This document shows, one piece after another, positions 52,244 through 62,568 of a stretch of DNA of 64,000 bases (position 1 is its first letter; the number at the start of each line of letters is the position of its first letter). The notes below the pieces were generated by a model, which searched no databases, had not been told where the DNA came from, and saw only the letters and a list, made by a program, of their open reading frames with translations. Origin of the DNA: Pseudomonadota bacterium (GTDB lineage Bacteria > Verrucomicrobiota > Verrucomicrobiia > Limisphaerales > SXTU01); NCBI GenBank assembly GCA_009924135.1, contig RFSE01000010.1, positions 63 through 64,062 on the forward strand. Direction: 5' to 3'. The position numbers and the translations under genes were made by a program.

Positions 52244-52705
52244 ATGGCGCACCAACTAACCGCTGACGACGCCCGGCAATCCATGCGTGACCATTGTGCC
52301 GCCAAAGGTCAGGAGGTCCGCGAAAGACTTGGTCCGTACCTCGGCTGGACGGAACTGAACCGTCTGCTCGAAGACCGCAAGTTGGTACGTTACCCCTGCA
52401 CCATCGCCTTCGATTCTTCACCGCTCCAGCCCGAGGAGATGGCGTATGCCGAGCCGCTGGGGGCCCAGCCCGAAGCGGGCTTCCGCATTTGCGTCCATCC
52501 CCGTTTTCAGACCGACCTTGATGCCGTCGTGGCCCTGGTCCTCTACCAGTTGGTGGCCGTGAACTACGGTGACTTCGCCACAGCGGAGGATGCCGAGGCG
52601 TTTGGCAGTGCGGCGGTGGGACTGAGCCGGGACGAGTATTATCAACGGCTTTGTGAACTTGCGGACCAGCCCAGTACGGTCGCTGCCGTTGCTGGCAACG
52701 GTTAG
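52244..52705 (+). CDS. Hypothetical soluble protein (153 aa), last gene of the cytochrome operon
   Basis: ATG 4 nt after the NrfD-like stop (MAHQLTADDARQSMRDHCAAKG...). No signal peptide, no haem or Fe-S motif, no family recognised. Confidence 0.55.
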   Translation: MAHQLTADDARQSMRDHCAAKGQEVRERLGPYLGWTELNRLLEDRKLVRYPCTIAFDSSPLQPEEMAYAEPLGAQPEAGFRICVHPRFQTDLDAVVALVLYQLVAVNYGDFATAEDAEAFGSAAVGLSRDEYYQRLCELADQPSTVAAVAGNG

Positions 52706-52839
52706 TCGCGTTTCCGGCCCCAACCGGATGTTCCTTCACGCGTTCAGAAACCCGTCGTGCTGCGGGCCGGCAAACCCAAGGCTCGCTTGTTCTCCAGAAC
52801 TTTTGGCATCATGCTATTTACGGTGTTCGTTCTGCTCAG

Positions 52840-54516
52840 ATGACTTCTCTCCTTGAATTGGCCCGGTTGAATCCCGTTGCCCACGCGGTGCTGGTGCTCG
52901 CGTGCGTGGTGGCGCTGGGGCTGGCGTTGGGCAGTGTGAAGGTCAAGGGCATTGGCCTTGGTGCGGCCGGCGTGCTGTTTGTCGGCATCCTCTGCGGGCA
53001 CCTCCAGTTCACGCTCGCGCCCGACCTGCTGGCTTTCGTGCGGGACTTCGGGCTGGTGCTTTTCGTTTACACCATCGGGTTGCAGGTGGGGCCGGGTTTC
53101 GTCACGTCACTGCGGCAGCAGGGGTTGCCCTTGAATCTCATGGCGGCCGGGATCGTGCTGTTGGGGGCAGGCGTCACTGTGCTCGTGGCGAAATTGCTGG
53201 GCGTGGACATGGCGGCGGCGGTGGGCATCTTCACAGGTGCAACGACCAACACCCCGGCCCTCGGGGCTGCGCAGGAGGCGCTCAAGAGTCTTCCGGGGAT
53301 AGATGCAGACCGGCTCGGGCTGCCGGCGCTGGGCTACGCAGTGGCCTACCCCTTCGGTATCCTAGGCATCATCCTCGCGATGCTTGCCCTCCGGTGGGCG
53401 CTGCGCGTGGACATCATGGCGGAGGCCGAAAGCTTCCGCGGTGAGCAACGGCAAGAGCATGAACCGGTCGAACGGCGGAACATTCTCATTACCAACCCGA
53501 ACTTCAACGGGCTTCACCTCCATCAACTTCCGGCCAAGGACAAGCTCGACGTGGTCATTTCGCGCGTAAAACACCTCGGCGAGACCGAGGCGGTGGCCGC
53601 TGGCCAGGCGACTATCCTGCATGCCGGCGACCTCCTGCTCGTGGTTGGTACACGGACGAGCCTCGACGAGTTTTGCCTCATCGCGGGCAAGCCGTGTGCG
53701 GAAGATCTCATGCTTACACCGGGGCGCGTCACCTCCCGCCGCGTGGTGGTGACGCAGAAGGAAATGCTTGGCCAGTCCCTCCGCGAACTGCAGTTGAACC
53801 AACGCTATGGCGTCACCCTTACCCGGGTGACCCGCGGCGATGTGGAACTCAGCGCGCGCGCCGACCTGCGCCTTAAATTCGGTGACATGGTGCAAATGGT
53901 CGGCGAAGAGGAGGACATCGTGCGCGCCGCCGAGTTCTTCGGCAACTCGGTGAAGGAACTGAACCACACGAACCTCATCCCCGTCTTCGTTGGCATCGTC
54001 CTCGGCGTCATGCTGGGCATGTATCCCTTCCAGCTTGGCACTATGCCCACCCCCGTGCGGCTCGGCCTGGCGGGCGGTCCGTTGCTGGTCGCGATCATCC
54101 TGAGCCGCATCGGGCGCATCGGTCCGCTGCTTTGGTACATGCCGGCCAACGCCAACACGTTGTTGCGCGAACTGGGGATCACCCTTTTCCTCGCCTGCGC
54201 GGGCTTGAAAGCCGGCGAGCACTTCTTCCACGTCCTGCGGGAGGGCGACGGCCTCAAGTGGATGGCCTGCGGCGCGGTCATCACGCTCCTGCCCCTCCTC
54301 ATCGTGGGCGCGGGCGCACGGCTGCTGGGCAAACTCAACTACCTCAACCTCTGCGGTCTTCTCTCCGGCAGCATGACCGATCCCCCCGCGCTCGCCTTTG
54401 CCAATACTGTGACCGGCAGCGACGCCCCATCTGTCGCCTACGCCACCGTGTATCCTCTGACCATGCTCTTGCGCATCGTGGTGGCCCAGCTGCTCGTGCT
54501 CTTCTTCTGTGGGTAA
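52840..54516 (+). CDS. YidE/YbjL-type (aspartate:alanine exchanger family) transporter with two RCK_C domains
   Basis: Two homologous membrane halves (GLALGSVKVKGIGLGAAGVLFVGIL... / GLAGGPLLVAIILSRIG...). Two central TrkA_C-like domains (NFNGLHLHQL...; KEMLGQSLRELQLNQRYGVTLTRVTRGD). Confidence 0.85.
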   Translation: MTSLLELARLNPVAHAVLVLACVVALGLALGSVKVKGIGLGAAGVLFVGILCGHLQFTLAPDLLAFVRDFGLVLFVYTIGLQVGPGFVTSLRQQGLPLNLMAAGIVLLGAGVTVLVAKLLGVDMAAAVGIFTGATTNTPALGAAQEALKSLPGIDADRLGLPALGYAVAYPFGILGIILAMLALRWALRVDIMAEAESFRGEQRQEHEPVERRNILITNPNFNGLHLHQLPAKDKLDVVISRVKHLGETEAVAAGQATILHAGDLLLVVGTRTSLDEFCLIAGKPCAEDLMLTPGRVTSRRVVVTQKEMLGQSLRELQLNQRYGVTLTRVTRGDVELSARADLRLKFGDMVQMVGEEEDIVRAAEFFGNSVKELNHTNLIPVFVGIVLGVMLGMYPFQLGTMPTPVRLGLAGGPLLVAIILSRIGRIGPLLWYMPANANTLLRELGITLFLACAGLKAGEHFFHVLREGDGLKWMACGAVITLLPLLIVGAGARLLGKLNYLNLCGLLSGSMTDPPALAFANTVTGSDAPSVAYATVYPLTMLLRIVVAQLLVLFFCG

Positions 54517-54658
54517 GCTCCGGCTGGCGTCAACCTCCCGCGCATGTCGATTTTGGCCATCTGCCACAGGCCTGCCGGACCTGACCGAAGCCCAGATGCG
54601 TGACGAACGCGTGACGGGCGGAAAATGAGCTTGGCGAATTCGCTCCGTCGCTGTCTCC

Positions 54659-56053
54659 TTGGGCCGAGTGATCGGTCACCTGCTCAAACCAGAAATCGCC
54701 GAGTTGATTCACGCGCGGAACTTCACGCAACTGCGTGACCTGCTCGTGGAGTTCCCTGCGCAGGAGATCGCGGAGATTTTCACCGACCTGAACCCCGAGG
54801 ATGAGGCGGTCCTGCTGCGCATCCTGCCCCGGCACGTATCTTCCGAGGTGTTCGGCTACCTCAGCCTGGCGGATCAGGAAGCGCTGCTGCACGCCCTGGC
54901 CAAGGAGGATGTCGCCGCCATCCTGAATGACATGACGGCGGACGACCGCACGGCCTTGCTCGAGGAACTGCCGTCCTCGGCAACCCAGAAGCTGCTGGAA
55001 CTGCTCTCGGCCGAGGAACGCAAGGTCGCGACGGAACTGCTCGGCTATCCTAAACATTCGATCGGGCGGCTCATGACGCCGCAGTTCGTGGCCATCAAGC
55101 AGAGCTGGACGGTGGCCGAGGTGCTGGCGTATCTGCGCCTGGAACAGCGCAAGCGCGACACGATGAACCAGCTCTACGTCGTGGATGCGCAGGGGCGGCT
55201 CGTGGATTTCGTGCGGTTACGAAACCTCGTCGTCAACCCGCCGGAGACGCCGGTGGTCGAGATTTTGGAGGGCCGCTATCTTGCGCTCCACGCCACGGAC
55301 GACCGGGAGACCGCTGTCGCCGCCTTCAAGAAATACGATGTGACGATCCTGCCGGTGGTGGATTCCCGCGACGAACTGGTGGGCGTGGTCACGGTGGACG
55401 ATGTGCTGGACGTGGCCGAACAGGAAGCCACCGAGGACATGCAAAAACTCGGCGGCATGGAGGCCCTGGACGCGCCCTATTTCAAGATCACCATGGGGGC
55501 GATGCTCATGAAGCGAGCGCCCTGGCTGGCCATCCTCTTCGTGAGCGAAATGTTCACCTCCACGGCGATGGGCTATTTCGAGAAGGAGATCGAGAAGGCC
55601 GCAGTGCTCGCCCTCTTCCTCCCGTTGATCCTGTCCAGCGGCGGCAATTCCGGCTCGCAGGCCACGACCCTCATCATCCGCGCCATGGCCCTGCGCGATG
55701 TGGCACTGGGCGACTGGTGGAGAGTTTTCCGGCGCGAGCTTACCGCCGGTTTCTTCCTCGGATGCACGCTGGCCACGCTGGGAGTCGTCCGCATCCTGGC
55801 GTGGCAGTGGCTCGGCTTCAAAGACTACGGTCCCGGCTATCCGGCCTTGGCCATGACGATCGGCGGCAGTCTTGTCGGCGTCGTGCTCTGGGGCAGCCTG
55901 ATGGGGGCCATGCTGCCCATCGGGTTGCGGGCCATCCGGCTGGACCCGGCGACCTGCTCCGCGCCGTTTGTGGCGACGCTCGTGGATGTGACCGGGATCA
56001 TCATTTACTTTACGGTCGCCTGGAAACTCATGTTGAGCGGCGCCCCCCTTTGA
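54659..56053 (+). CDS. mgtE: Magnesium transporter MgtE
   Basis: MgtE N-domain (LNPEDEAVLLRILP, ILNDMTADDRTALLEELP). Two CBS motifs (..ILPVVD..). TM domain with SSGGNSGSQATTLIIRA and ATLVDVTGIIIYF. TTG 54659 or GTG 54668 as start. Confidence 0.92.
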   Translation: MGRVIGHLLKPEIAELIHARNFTQLRDLLVEFPAQEIAEIFTDLNPEDEAVLLRILPRHVSSEVFGYLSLADQEALLHALAKEDVAAILNDMTADDRTALLEELPSSATQKLLELLSAEERKVATELLGYPKHSIGRLMTPQFVAIKQSWTVAEVLAYLRLEQRKRDTMNQLYVVDAQGRLVDFVRLRNLVVNPPETPVVEILEGRYLALHATDDRETAVAAFKKYDVTILPVVDSRDELVGVVTVDDVLDVAEQEATEDMQKLGGMEALDAPYFKITMGAMLMKRAPWLAILFVSEMFTSTAMGYFEKEIEKAAVLALFLPLILSSGGNSGSQATTLIIRAMALRDVALGDWWRVFRRELTAGFFLGCTLATLGVVRILAWQWLGFKDYGPGYPALAMTIGGSLVGVVLWGSLMGAMLPIGLRAIRLDPATCSAPFVATLVDVTGIIIYFTVAWKLMLSGAPL

Positions 56054-56055
56054 CC

Positions 56056-56613
56056 ATGGCAACGGGGCCTGACTTGGGCGAAAACCTCTGCCTCCGCTGC
56101 GGTCTCTGCTGCGATGGCACCCTTTTCCGCGACGTGGAACTCCAGCCGGGGGACGATGCCGCGCAACTCCGCGCGCTGGGCTTGCTCGTGCCGGTTGCCG
56201 GTTCCGCTGCAAGTATTCGGCGTTTTCCCCAGCCATGCGCCGCACTGTGCCCGGATTTGAAATGTCGTGTTTACGCCGACCGCCCGACGCGGTGCCGCGA
56301 GTTCGAGTGCGCGCTGTTCAAGGTGGTCGCGGCGAAACGCGTGGAACTGCCTGCGGCTCTTAAGACCATCCGTCAAACCCGCCAGCAGGCGGAGAAGGTC
56401 CGCCGGCTGCTTCGGGAACTCGGCGATGCAGGGGAACGCGTGTCGCTGGCCAAACGGTTCAAGCGCGTGAAGCGGAAGTTCGACGCGGGGGAAGTCCCCG
56501 ACCATCTGGACACCGAGACCGCCTACGACCGGTTGGCCGAACTCAGCCTCGCCGTTCACGAGTTGGACATGCGGCTGCGCACCAAATTCCATCCGGACCC
56601 GGGCGATGGGTAG
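56056..56613 (+). CDS. YkgJ-family cysteine-cluster (Zn/Fe-chelating, UPF0153) protein
   Basis: CLRCGLCCDG...CAALC...CRVYADRPTRCREFEC pattern. ATG lies 2 nt after the mgtE stop. Confidence 0.75.
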   Translation: MATGPDLGENLCLRCGLCCDGTLFRDVELQPGDDAAQLRALGLLVPVAGSAASIRRFPQPCAALCPDLKCRVYADRPTRCREFECALFKVVAAKRVELPAALKTIRQTRQQAEKVRRLLRELGDAGERVSLAKRFKRVKRKFDAGEVPDHLDTETAYDRLAELSLAVHELDMRLRTKFHPDPGDG

Positions 56614-56734
56614 TCGGCGGTTCAGATGTTGATGTCGGGCCATAAGTCTGCTGATTCGGCAGGGGAATTGAGGGCAGGGGAATTTTTTCCCAAGGTTCTG
56701 CGCTTAATCTTCCTGCCGCGCGCTTTCGCTTCTA

Positions 56735-56878
56735 CGGTAGGGTGAGACTGCGTCGAACCCCATTTGCCGACAGCGTCGGCGCAAGCGCAGCGAGCATCTC
56801 AAGACGGCCTGCTGGATATGCTCGCCCGGCTCGCCTCGCAGCGCTCGGAATGGGGCTCGACCGAGTCTCGCCCTGCCG
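56735..56878. repeat. Imperfect 28-bp inverted repeat pair separated by ~88 bp (MITE-like or structured RNA)
   Basis: Left arm CGGTAGGGTGAGACTGCGTCGAACCCCA (56735-56762). Right arm TGGGGCTCGACCGAGTCTCGCCCTGCCG (56851-56878). 23 of 28 positions are complementary by my count. The core GGGTGAGACTG...TCGAAC also occurs at 31140. Confidence 0.45.
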
Positions 56879-56944
56879 CAGAGGAAATGAGGCCCGGAGA
56901 CGCGGTGCTTGTGTCGGGACGGGGGTTTGGGTTCAATCGCCCGC

Positions 56945-57883
56945 ATGAACTCATTGTTCCGCTTTGCGCTTCTTCTTGCCCTGACTGCCAGCCTCCGTGC
57001 GGCGGACCCGCACGACCAGTCGGGCGTGGCCTTGGAAGTGGATTCACCCGATCCCAAGCTTGCCAAGATCGTGTTGCTCGTGGGCGGGCCCAGCAGCAAG
57101 CCCATGGCGCATGAGTATTTCGCCGGTTGCGCACTGCTGATGGACTGGCTCAAGAAACAGCCGGGCGTCTGGCCGGTGATGGTGCGCGACTGGCCGAAGA
57201 ACGAAAAGGTTCTCGAAGGAGCCAAGTGCGTCCTGTACTTCGGCGACGGCGGCGGCAAGCAGCCGTTCATCGAGCCCGTGCGCTGGGCGAAACTCAGCCA
57301 GATGCTCGACGCAGGCTGCGGCTTCGTGCTGCTGCACCAGTCGGTGGATTTCCCCAAAGGCGCGGACGGCGAGAAGATCAAGGGCTGGCTCGGCGGCGTC
57401 TTCCACGGGGACATCGGCTGCCGCGGGCACTGGGACATGGACTTGAAGACCGTGGGCGAACATCCGGTGCTGCGCGGGGTGAAGCCGTTTGCCGCGCCGG
57501 GCGACGGCTGGCTCTACAACCTGCACTTCGCCGAGAAGGACAAGGGCTTTGCTCCGCTCATCGTCGGCCAGGTGCCGGACAAGTCCCGGTCCAGCGCGGA
57601 CGCGAAACAGCACAATGGCCGCGACGAAGTCATCGGCTGGGCGCATCAGCGTCCCGGTGGCGGACGCGGCTTCGGCTTCACCGGCGTGGACCTGCACAAG
57701 AGCTGGAGCTACGAGAGCCAGCGTAAGTTCGTGGTCAATGGCATCCTCTGGAGCGCGGGCCTCGAAGTGCCGGCGGACGGCGCGAAAACGACCTTCGATG
57801 AGGCCGATCTGAACAAGAATCTCGACAAGAAGGCCGCCCCGGCGACGAAGGCCGCGCCGAAGAAGGCCGTCGAGGCGAAGTGA
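56945..57883 (+). CDS. Secreted ThuA-like domain protein
   Basis: Signal peptide MNSLFRFALLLALTASLRAADP. KIVLLVGG...HEY, VLYFGDGGG, GFVLLHQS, EHPVLRGVKPFAAPGDGWLY blocks resemble the ThuA (trehalose-utilisation-like) fold. Confidence 0.65.
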   Translation: MNSLFRFALLLALTASLRAADPHDQSGVALEVDSPDPKLAKIVLLVGGPSSKPMAHEYFAGCALLMDWLKKQPGVWPVMVRDWPKNEKVLEGAKCVLYFGDGGGKQPFIEPVRWAKLSQMLDAGCGFVLLHQSVDFPKGADGEKIKGWLGGVFHGDIGCRGHWDMDLKTVGEHPVLRGVKPFAAPGDGWLYNLHFAEKDKGFAPLIVGQVPDKSRSSADAKQHNGRDEVIGWAHQRPGGGRGFGFTGVDLHKSWSYESQRKFVVNGILWSAGLEVPADGAKTTFDEADLNKNLDKKAAPATKAAPKKAVEAK

Positions 57884-57923
57884 CTGCGGGTTTGCTACTT
57901 CGCAGTTTGCATTATGCTCAAGC

Positions 57924-58370
57924 ATGTCCGAAGCAATCGCCCAACAGTTGAGTGGTCTTTTCCACGAGTTGACCGAGCAGTGTTCGTTTAGCAACACTGC
58001 GCGGACGGCTCTTACACGGGCGGAATCAAGTGGGCAGGTGCGCGATCTGCTGATTTGGCAATGCGACAGCGACGAGTTAACCTTTACAGCCGCCACGCGA
58101 CGATGGTGGCTTATGGATGCCTCTGGGTTGCACTTGGGTAGTGGCAAATGGCCTGTGACAGATGCCCAGGCGAATTCTGTGGGGTGGTTTGCGGAGCATC
58201 CCATGATTAAGTTTACAACAGACGGGAAACGTGTGCGGTTCGGGATGCGGTTTGGTAGGGATTGGTATGTTTCGCGCGAGGCATTTGTTGGACCTGACGG
58301 ACGATTTGTTACAGCGTCTTTGGCAGAACCAACACCAAGCTGGTTGACTGCGTTTTTTGGCAAAATGTGA
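57924..58370 (+). CDS. Hypothetical protein (148 aa) with atypical, AT-richer codon usage
   Basis: Intact ORF with no recognisable domain or signal peptide. Many A/T-ending codons (ttt, aca, ggt, gat, tta), unlike neighbouring genes. Confidence 0.5.
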   Translation: MSEAIAQQLSGLFHELTEQCSFSNTARTALTRAESSGQVRDLLIWQCDSDELTFTAATRRWWLMDASGLHLGSGKWPVTDAQANSVGWFAEHPMIKFTTDGKRVRFGMRFGRDWYVSREAFVGPDGRFVTASLAEPTPSWLTAFFGKM

Positions 58371-58687
58371 CCTGTCAGATGGACGAAGTGTAATGCCTGC
58401 ACGGGAGGGCCAGCCTTTGCGCGTTGTGCAAGATCAAGCGGTGGGCCTGGTGGGAGGCTTTCGAGACGTGGTTCCTCGCTGGTGGCTGAGCATCTGTCAC
58501 AAGATTCAAGTGAGCGGACTCTGCGTTATTCCTTTCAAATACCTGTGCGGCTTAGGTCCACGAGAACTTCCCGCTATCCAAGATGGTGGCAAACATTCTT
58601 GCGTCCCTCTACTTTCAGTTAAGCCCTCACCCAAGCTTGCCGATGGGAAAACTGGACAAAGCGGGTGGACCGCTGCAACTTCGACGC

Positions 58688-61192
58688 ATGAGTGACGAGA
58701 TGAGCAATTTCACCCCGCGCGCCCAGCAGGTGCTGGCCCTCGCGCGGAAGGAAGCCGACCGCTTCAACCACAATTTCGTCGGCACAGAGCACCTGCTCTT
58801 GGGCCTGATTAAATTGGGCCAGGGGGTCGCGGTCAACGTGCTGCAAAAGATGGGCCTGGATCTCGAGACCGTCCGCCAGGAGGTCGAGAAGCAGTCCAAC
58901 GCCGGGCCCGACCAGAAGCAGGTGGGCAACATCCCCTACACGCCGCGCGTGAAGAAGGTGCTCTCGCTCGCCTCGAAGGAGGCCAAGGCGCTCAGCCACA
59001 CCTACGTCGGCACGGAGCATATCCTGCTCGGTTTGCTGCGCGAGGGCGACGGCGTCGCGGCCAAGGTCCTCAAGAGCTTGGACATCGACATCGAGATGGT
59101 CCGCCAGGAAATCCTGAAGGAACTCGATCCGAATTTCCAAAACCAGGGCGAGGAAGCCACCGCCGGGGGCGGCGATGGCGAAAAGAAAGAGGGCGAGAAG
59201 AAGGGCGACAACAAGACGCCCGCGCTCAAGGCCTTCGGTCGCGATCTGACCGAGATTGCGCGCAAGGGCGAGATGGACCCGGTCATCGGCCGCAAGACCG
59301 AGATCGAACGCGTCATCCAGATTCTCTGCCGCCGCACGAAGAACAACCCCGTTCTCCTCGGTGAGGCCGGCGTGGGCAAGACCGCCATTGTCGAAGGTCT
59401 CGCGCAGGAAGTCGTGAAGGGCAACGTGCCAGAAATCCTCCGCGACAAGCGCGTCATCGTGCTTGATCTCGCGTTGATGGTCGCCGGCACCAAGTATCGC
59501 GGCCAGTTCGAGGAGCGGATCAAGGCCGTGATGGACGAGATCCGGAAGAACAAGAACATCATCCTCTTCATCGACGAGATGCACACCATCGTGGGCGCGG
59601 GCAGCGCCGAAGGCACGATGGACGCCAGCAACATCATCAAGCCCGCCCTTTCGCGCGGCGAGATGCAGTGCATTGGTGCGACCACGCTCAACGAGTACCG
59701 CAAATACATCGAGAAGGACGGCGCGCTCGAACGCCGCTTCCAGTCCGTGAAGGTCGAGCCGCCGTCCATCGAGGATGCCATCACGATCCTCAAGGGCCTG
59801 CGGGGCAAGTACGAGGAGCACCACCGCGCCGAGATTACCGACGCCGCCGTCGAGGCCAGCGTGAAGCTTTCCGACCGTTACATCACCGGCCGGTTCCTGC
59901 CGGACAAGGCCATTGATGTGATGGATGAGGCCGGTTCGCGTGCCCGCATCGGCGCGATGACCCGCCCGCCTGACCTGAAAGATCAGGAAGCGGAAATCGA
60001 AGAGCTCAAGAACCGCAAAGAACGCGCCATCAAGGAGCAGGATTTCGAAGGCGCCGCTTCGTATCGCGACAAGGAAAAACAGGCCAAGGAAAAGCTCGAG
60101 GCCACGCTCAAGTCCTGGCGCGAAGCGAAGGAAGAAAAACGCGTCAAGGTGGACGAGGACGAAATTCTCCACGTCGTTTCCAAGTGGACCGGCATCCCGC
60201 TCAAGCGGATGGAGAAGGACGAGACCGCGCGCCTGCTCGAAGTCGAGAAGGTGCTGGCCAAGGTGGTCATCGGCCAGACCGACGCCGTCCTCGCGATGGC
60301 CAAGGCCCTGCGCCGCTCCCGCGCGGATTTGAAGGACCCGAAGCGCCCCATCGGCACGTTCGCGTTGCTCGGACCCACGGGCGTCGGCAAGACGCTCCTG
60401 GCCAAGACGCTGGCGGAGCAGATGTTCGGCGACTCGAAGTCGCTCATCCAGCTCGACATGAGCGAGTACATGGAGAAGTTCACCGTGTCGCGCCTGGTCG
60501 GTTCGCCGCCCGGTTACGTCGGCTACGAAGAGGGTGGCCAGCTCACCGAGCAGGTGCGCCGCAAGCCCTACTGCGTGGTGCTTTTCGACGAAATCGAGAA
60601 GGCCCACCCGGACGTGATGAACATGCTGCTCCAGATTCTGGAAGACGGCAAACTCACCGACAACACCGGCCGCGTGGTGGACTTCCGCAACACCATCATC
60701 CTCCTTACGTCGAACGTGGGGGCGGAAACGATCAAGAAGAACACCACCATCGGCTTCGGCGCGTCAAAGGACGAGTTCAGCTACGAGAAGATGCGGGAGA
60801 AGATCCTCGACGAGGCGAAGAAAGCTTTCCGTCCCGAGTTCCTGAACCGGCTCGACGACATCATCGTCTTCCGTCAGCTCACCAAGCCTGATCTCATCAC
60901 GATCCTTGATCTCGAGGTCATCAAGATCATGGACCGGCTCAAGCACAAGAACATCCAGATCGTGCTCGACGACAAGGCCCGGGACTTCCTGGTGGAGAAG
61001 GGTTTCGACCCGCAATACGGCGCGCGCCCCATGCGTCGCAGCGTGGAGAAACACCTCGAAGACCCGCTCGCCGAGGAACTCCTGCGCGGCAACCTGAACC
61101 CTGGCGAACCCGTGCAGGTCTCTGCCGCCGAAGGCAAGCTCACCTTCACCCAGAAGGCCGCAAACTCGACCGAGGGCGCGGTGGCGAGCTAG
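58688..61192 (+). CDS. clpC: ATP-dependent Clp protease ATP-binding subunit ClpC
   Basis: Two Clp_N repeats ([16 protein letters not shown].., [16 protein letters not shown]..). Walker A motifs GEAGVGKT and GPTGVGKT. Short middle domain with UVR-like [16 protein letters not shown]-terminal D2-small domain. ATG 58688. Confidence 0.95.
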   Translation: MSDEMSNFTPRAQQVLALARKEADRFNHNFVGTEHLLLGLIKLGQGVAVNVLQKMGLDLETVRQEVEKQSNAGPDQKQVGNIPYTPRVKKVLSLASKEAKALSHTYVGTEHILLGLLREGDGVAAKVLKSLDIDIEMVRQEILKELDPNFQNQGEEATAGGGDGEKKEGEKKGDNKTPALKAFGRDLTEIARKGEMDPVIGRKTEIERVIQILCRRTKNNPVLLGEAGVGKTAIVEGLAQEVVKGNVPEILRDKRVIVLDLALMVAGTKYRGQFEERIKAVMDEIRKNKNIILFIDEMHTIVGAGSAEGTMDASNIIKPALSRGEMQCIGATTLNEYRKYIEKDGALERRFQSVKVEPPSIEDAITILKGLRGKYEEHHRAEITDAAVEASVKLSDRYITGRFLPDKAIDVMDEAGSRARIGAMTRPPDLKDQEAEIEELKNRKERAIKEQDFEGAASYRDKEKQAKEKLEATLKSWREAKEEKRVKVDEDEILHVVSKWTGIPLKRMEKDETARLLEVEKVLAKVVIGQTDAVLAMAKALRRSRADLKDPKRPIGTFALLGPTGVGKTLLAKTLAEQMFGDSKSLIQLDMSEYMEKFTVSRLVGSPPGYVGYEEGGQLTEQVRRKPYCVVLFDEIEKAHPDVMNMLLQILEDGKLTDNTGRVVDFRNTIILLTSNVGAETIKKNTTIGFGASKDEFSYEKMREKILDEAKKAFRPEFLNRLDDIIVFRQLTKPDLITILDLEVIKIMDRLKHKNIQIVLDDKARDFLVEKGFDPQYGARPMRRSVEKHLEDPLAEELLRGNLNPGEPVQVSAAEGKLTFTQKAANSTEGAVAS

Positions 61193-61211
61193 CCGTTTCG
61201 TTTAACTTACG

Positions 61212-61250
61212 CACCAACGCCACCCGGTCGCCGGGTGGCGTTGGTGTTTT
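61212..61250 (+). terminator. Rho-independent terminator after clpC
   Basis: Perfect 16-bp stem CACCAACGCCACCCGG-tcg-CCGGGTGGCGTTGGTG followed by TTTT. Confidence 0.85.
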
Positions 61251-61360
61251 GGGGTGTGGCATCCATGCCGCGCCCCGTGAGCACCGGGGCCTTTCGTCCC
61301 CAGCAAAACTCTTTTACACCCCGGAGTGCCGCCGATACAGTCCGCCGCAACATTAACCCT

Positions 61361-62407
<1,047 letters not shown>

Positions 62408-62568
62408 CCTGAGTTCCGGCGCCGGATTGCCGCGTGGGTAAAGGGCTGAAGCGCCTGACTTTGCTTCGCTTCCTTCGCGGCCTTCGCGCGACCTTTTTTC
62501 CGCGAAGCGCCACCGCCAAAACCCCGAATTGACTGATTCTGGCCCTCGGCTATGCTGCGCGTCTCTTT

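Noticed and set aside
54517-54658. Possible Mg2+ (M-box) riboswitch upstream of mgtE.
   Set aside because: I could not recognise conserved M-box helices or any convincing structure by eye in the 142-nt leader. It would need an Rfam/Infernal scan.
58619-60607. 662-aa minus-strand ORF antisense to clpC. Similar antisense ORFs lie over purA (31406-32431), moxR (61202-62299), the hydrolase (10657-11946), the YHYH gene (35823-37166, 38094-39392), the barrel gene (46255-47337), the transporter (53362-54567) and ThuA (57044-58402).
   Set aside because: Each overlaps a gene with strong, recognisable motifs on the other strand. Their own translations are Arg/Gly/His/Pro-rich with no domain signatures.
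62408-62568. CTTCGCG...CGCGAAG inverted repeat in the moxR-pgk spacer as a terminator.
   Set aside because: The T-run lies inside the loop rather than after the stem, and the stem is short (7 bp). It is not a convincing intrinsic terminator on either strand.
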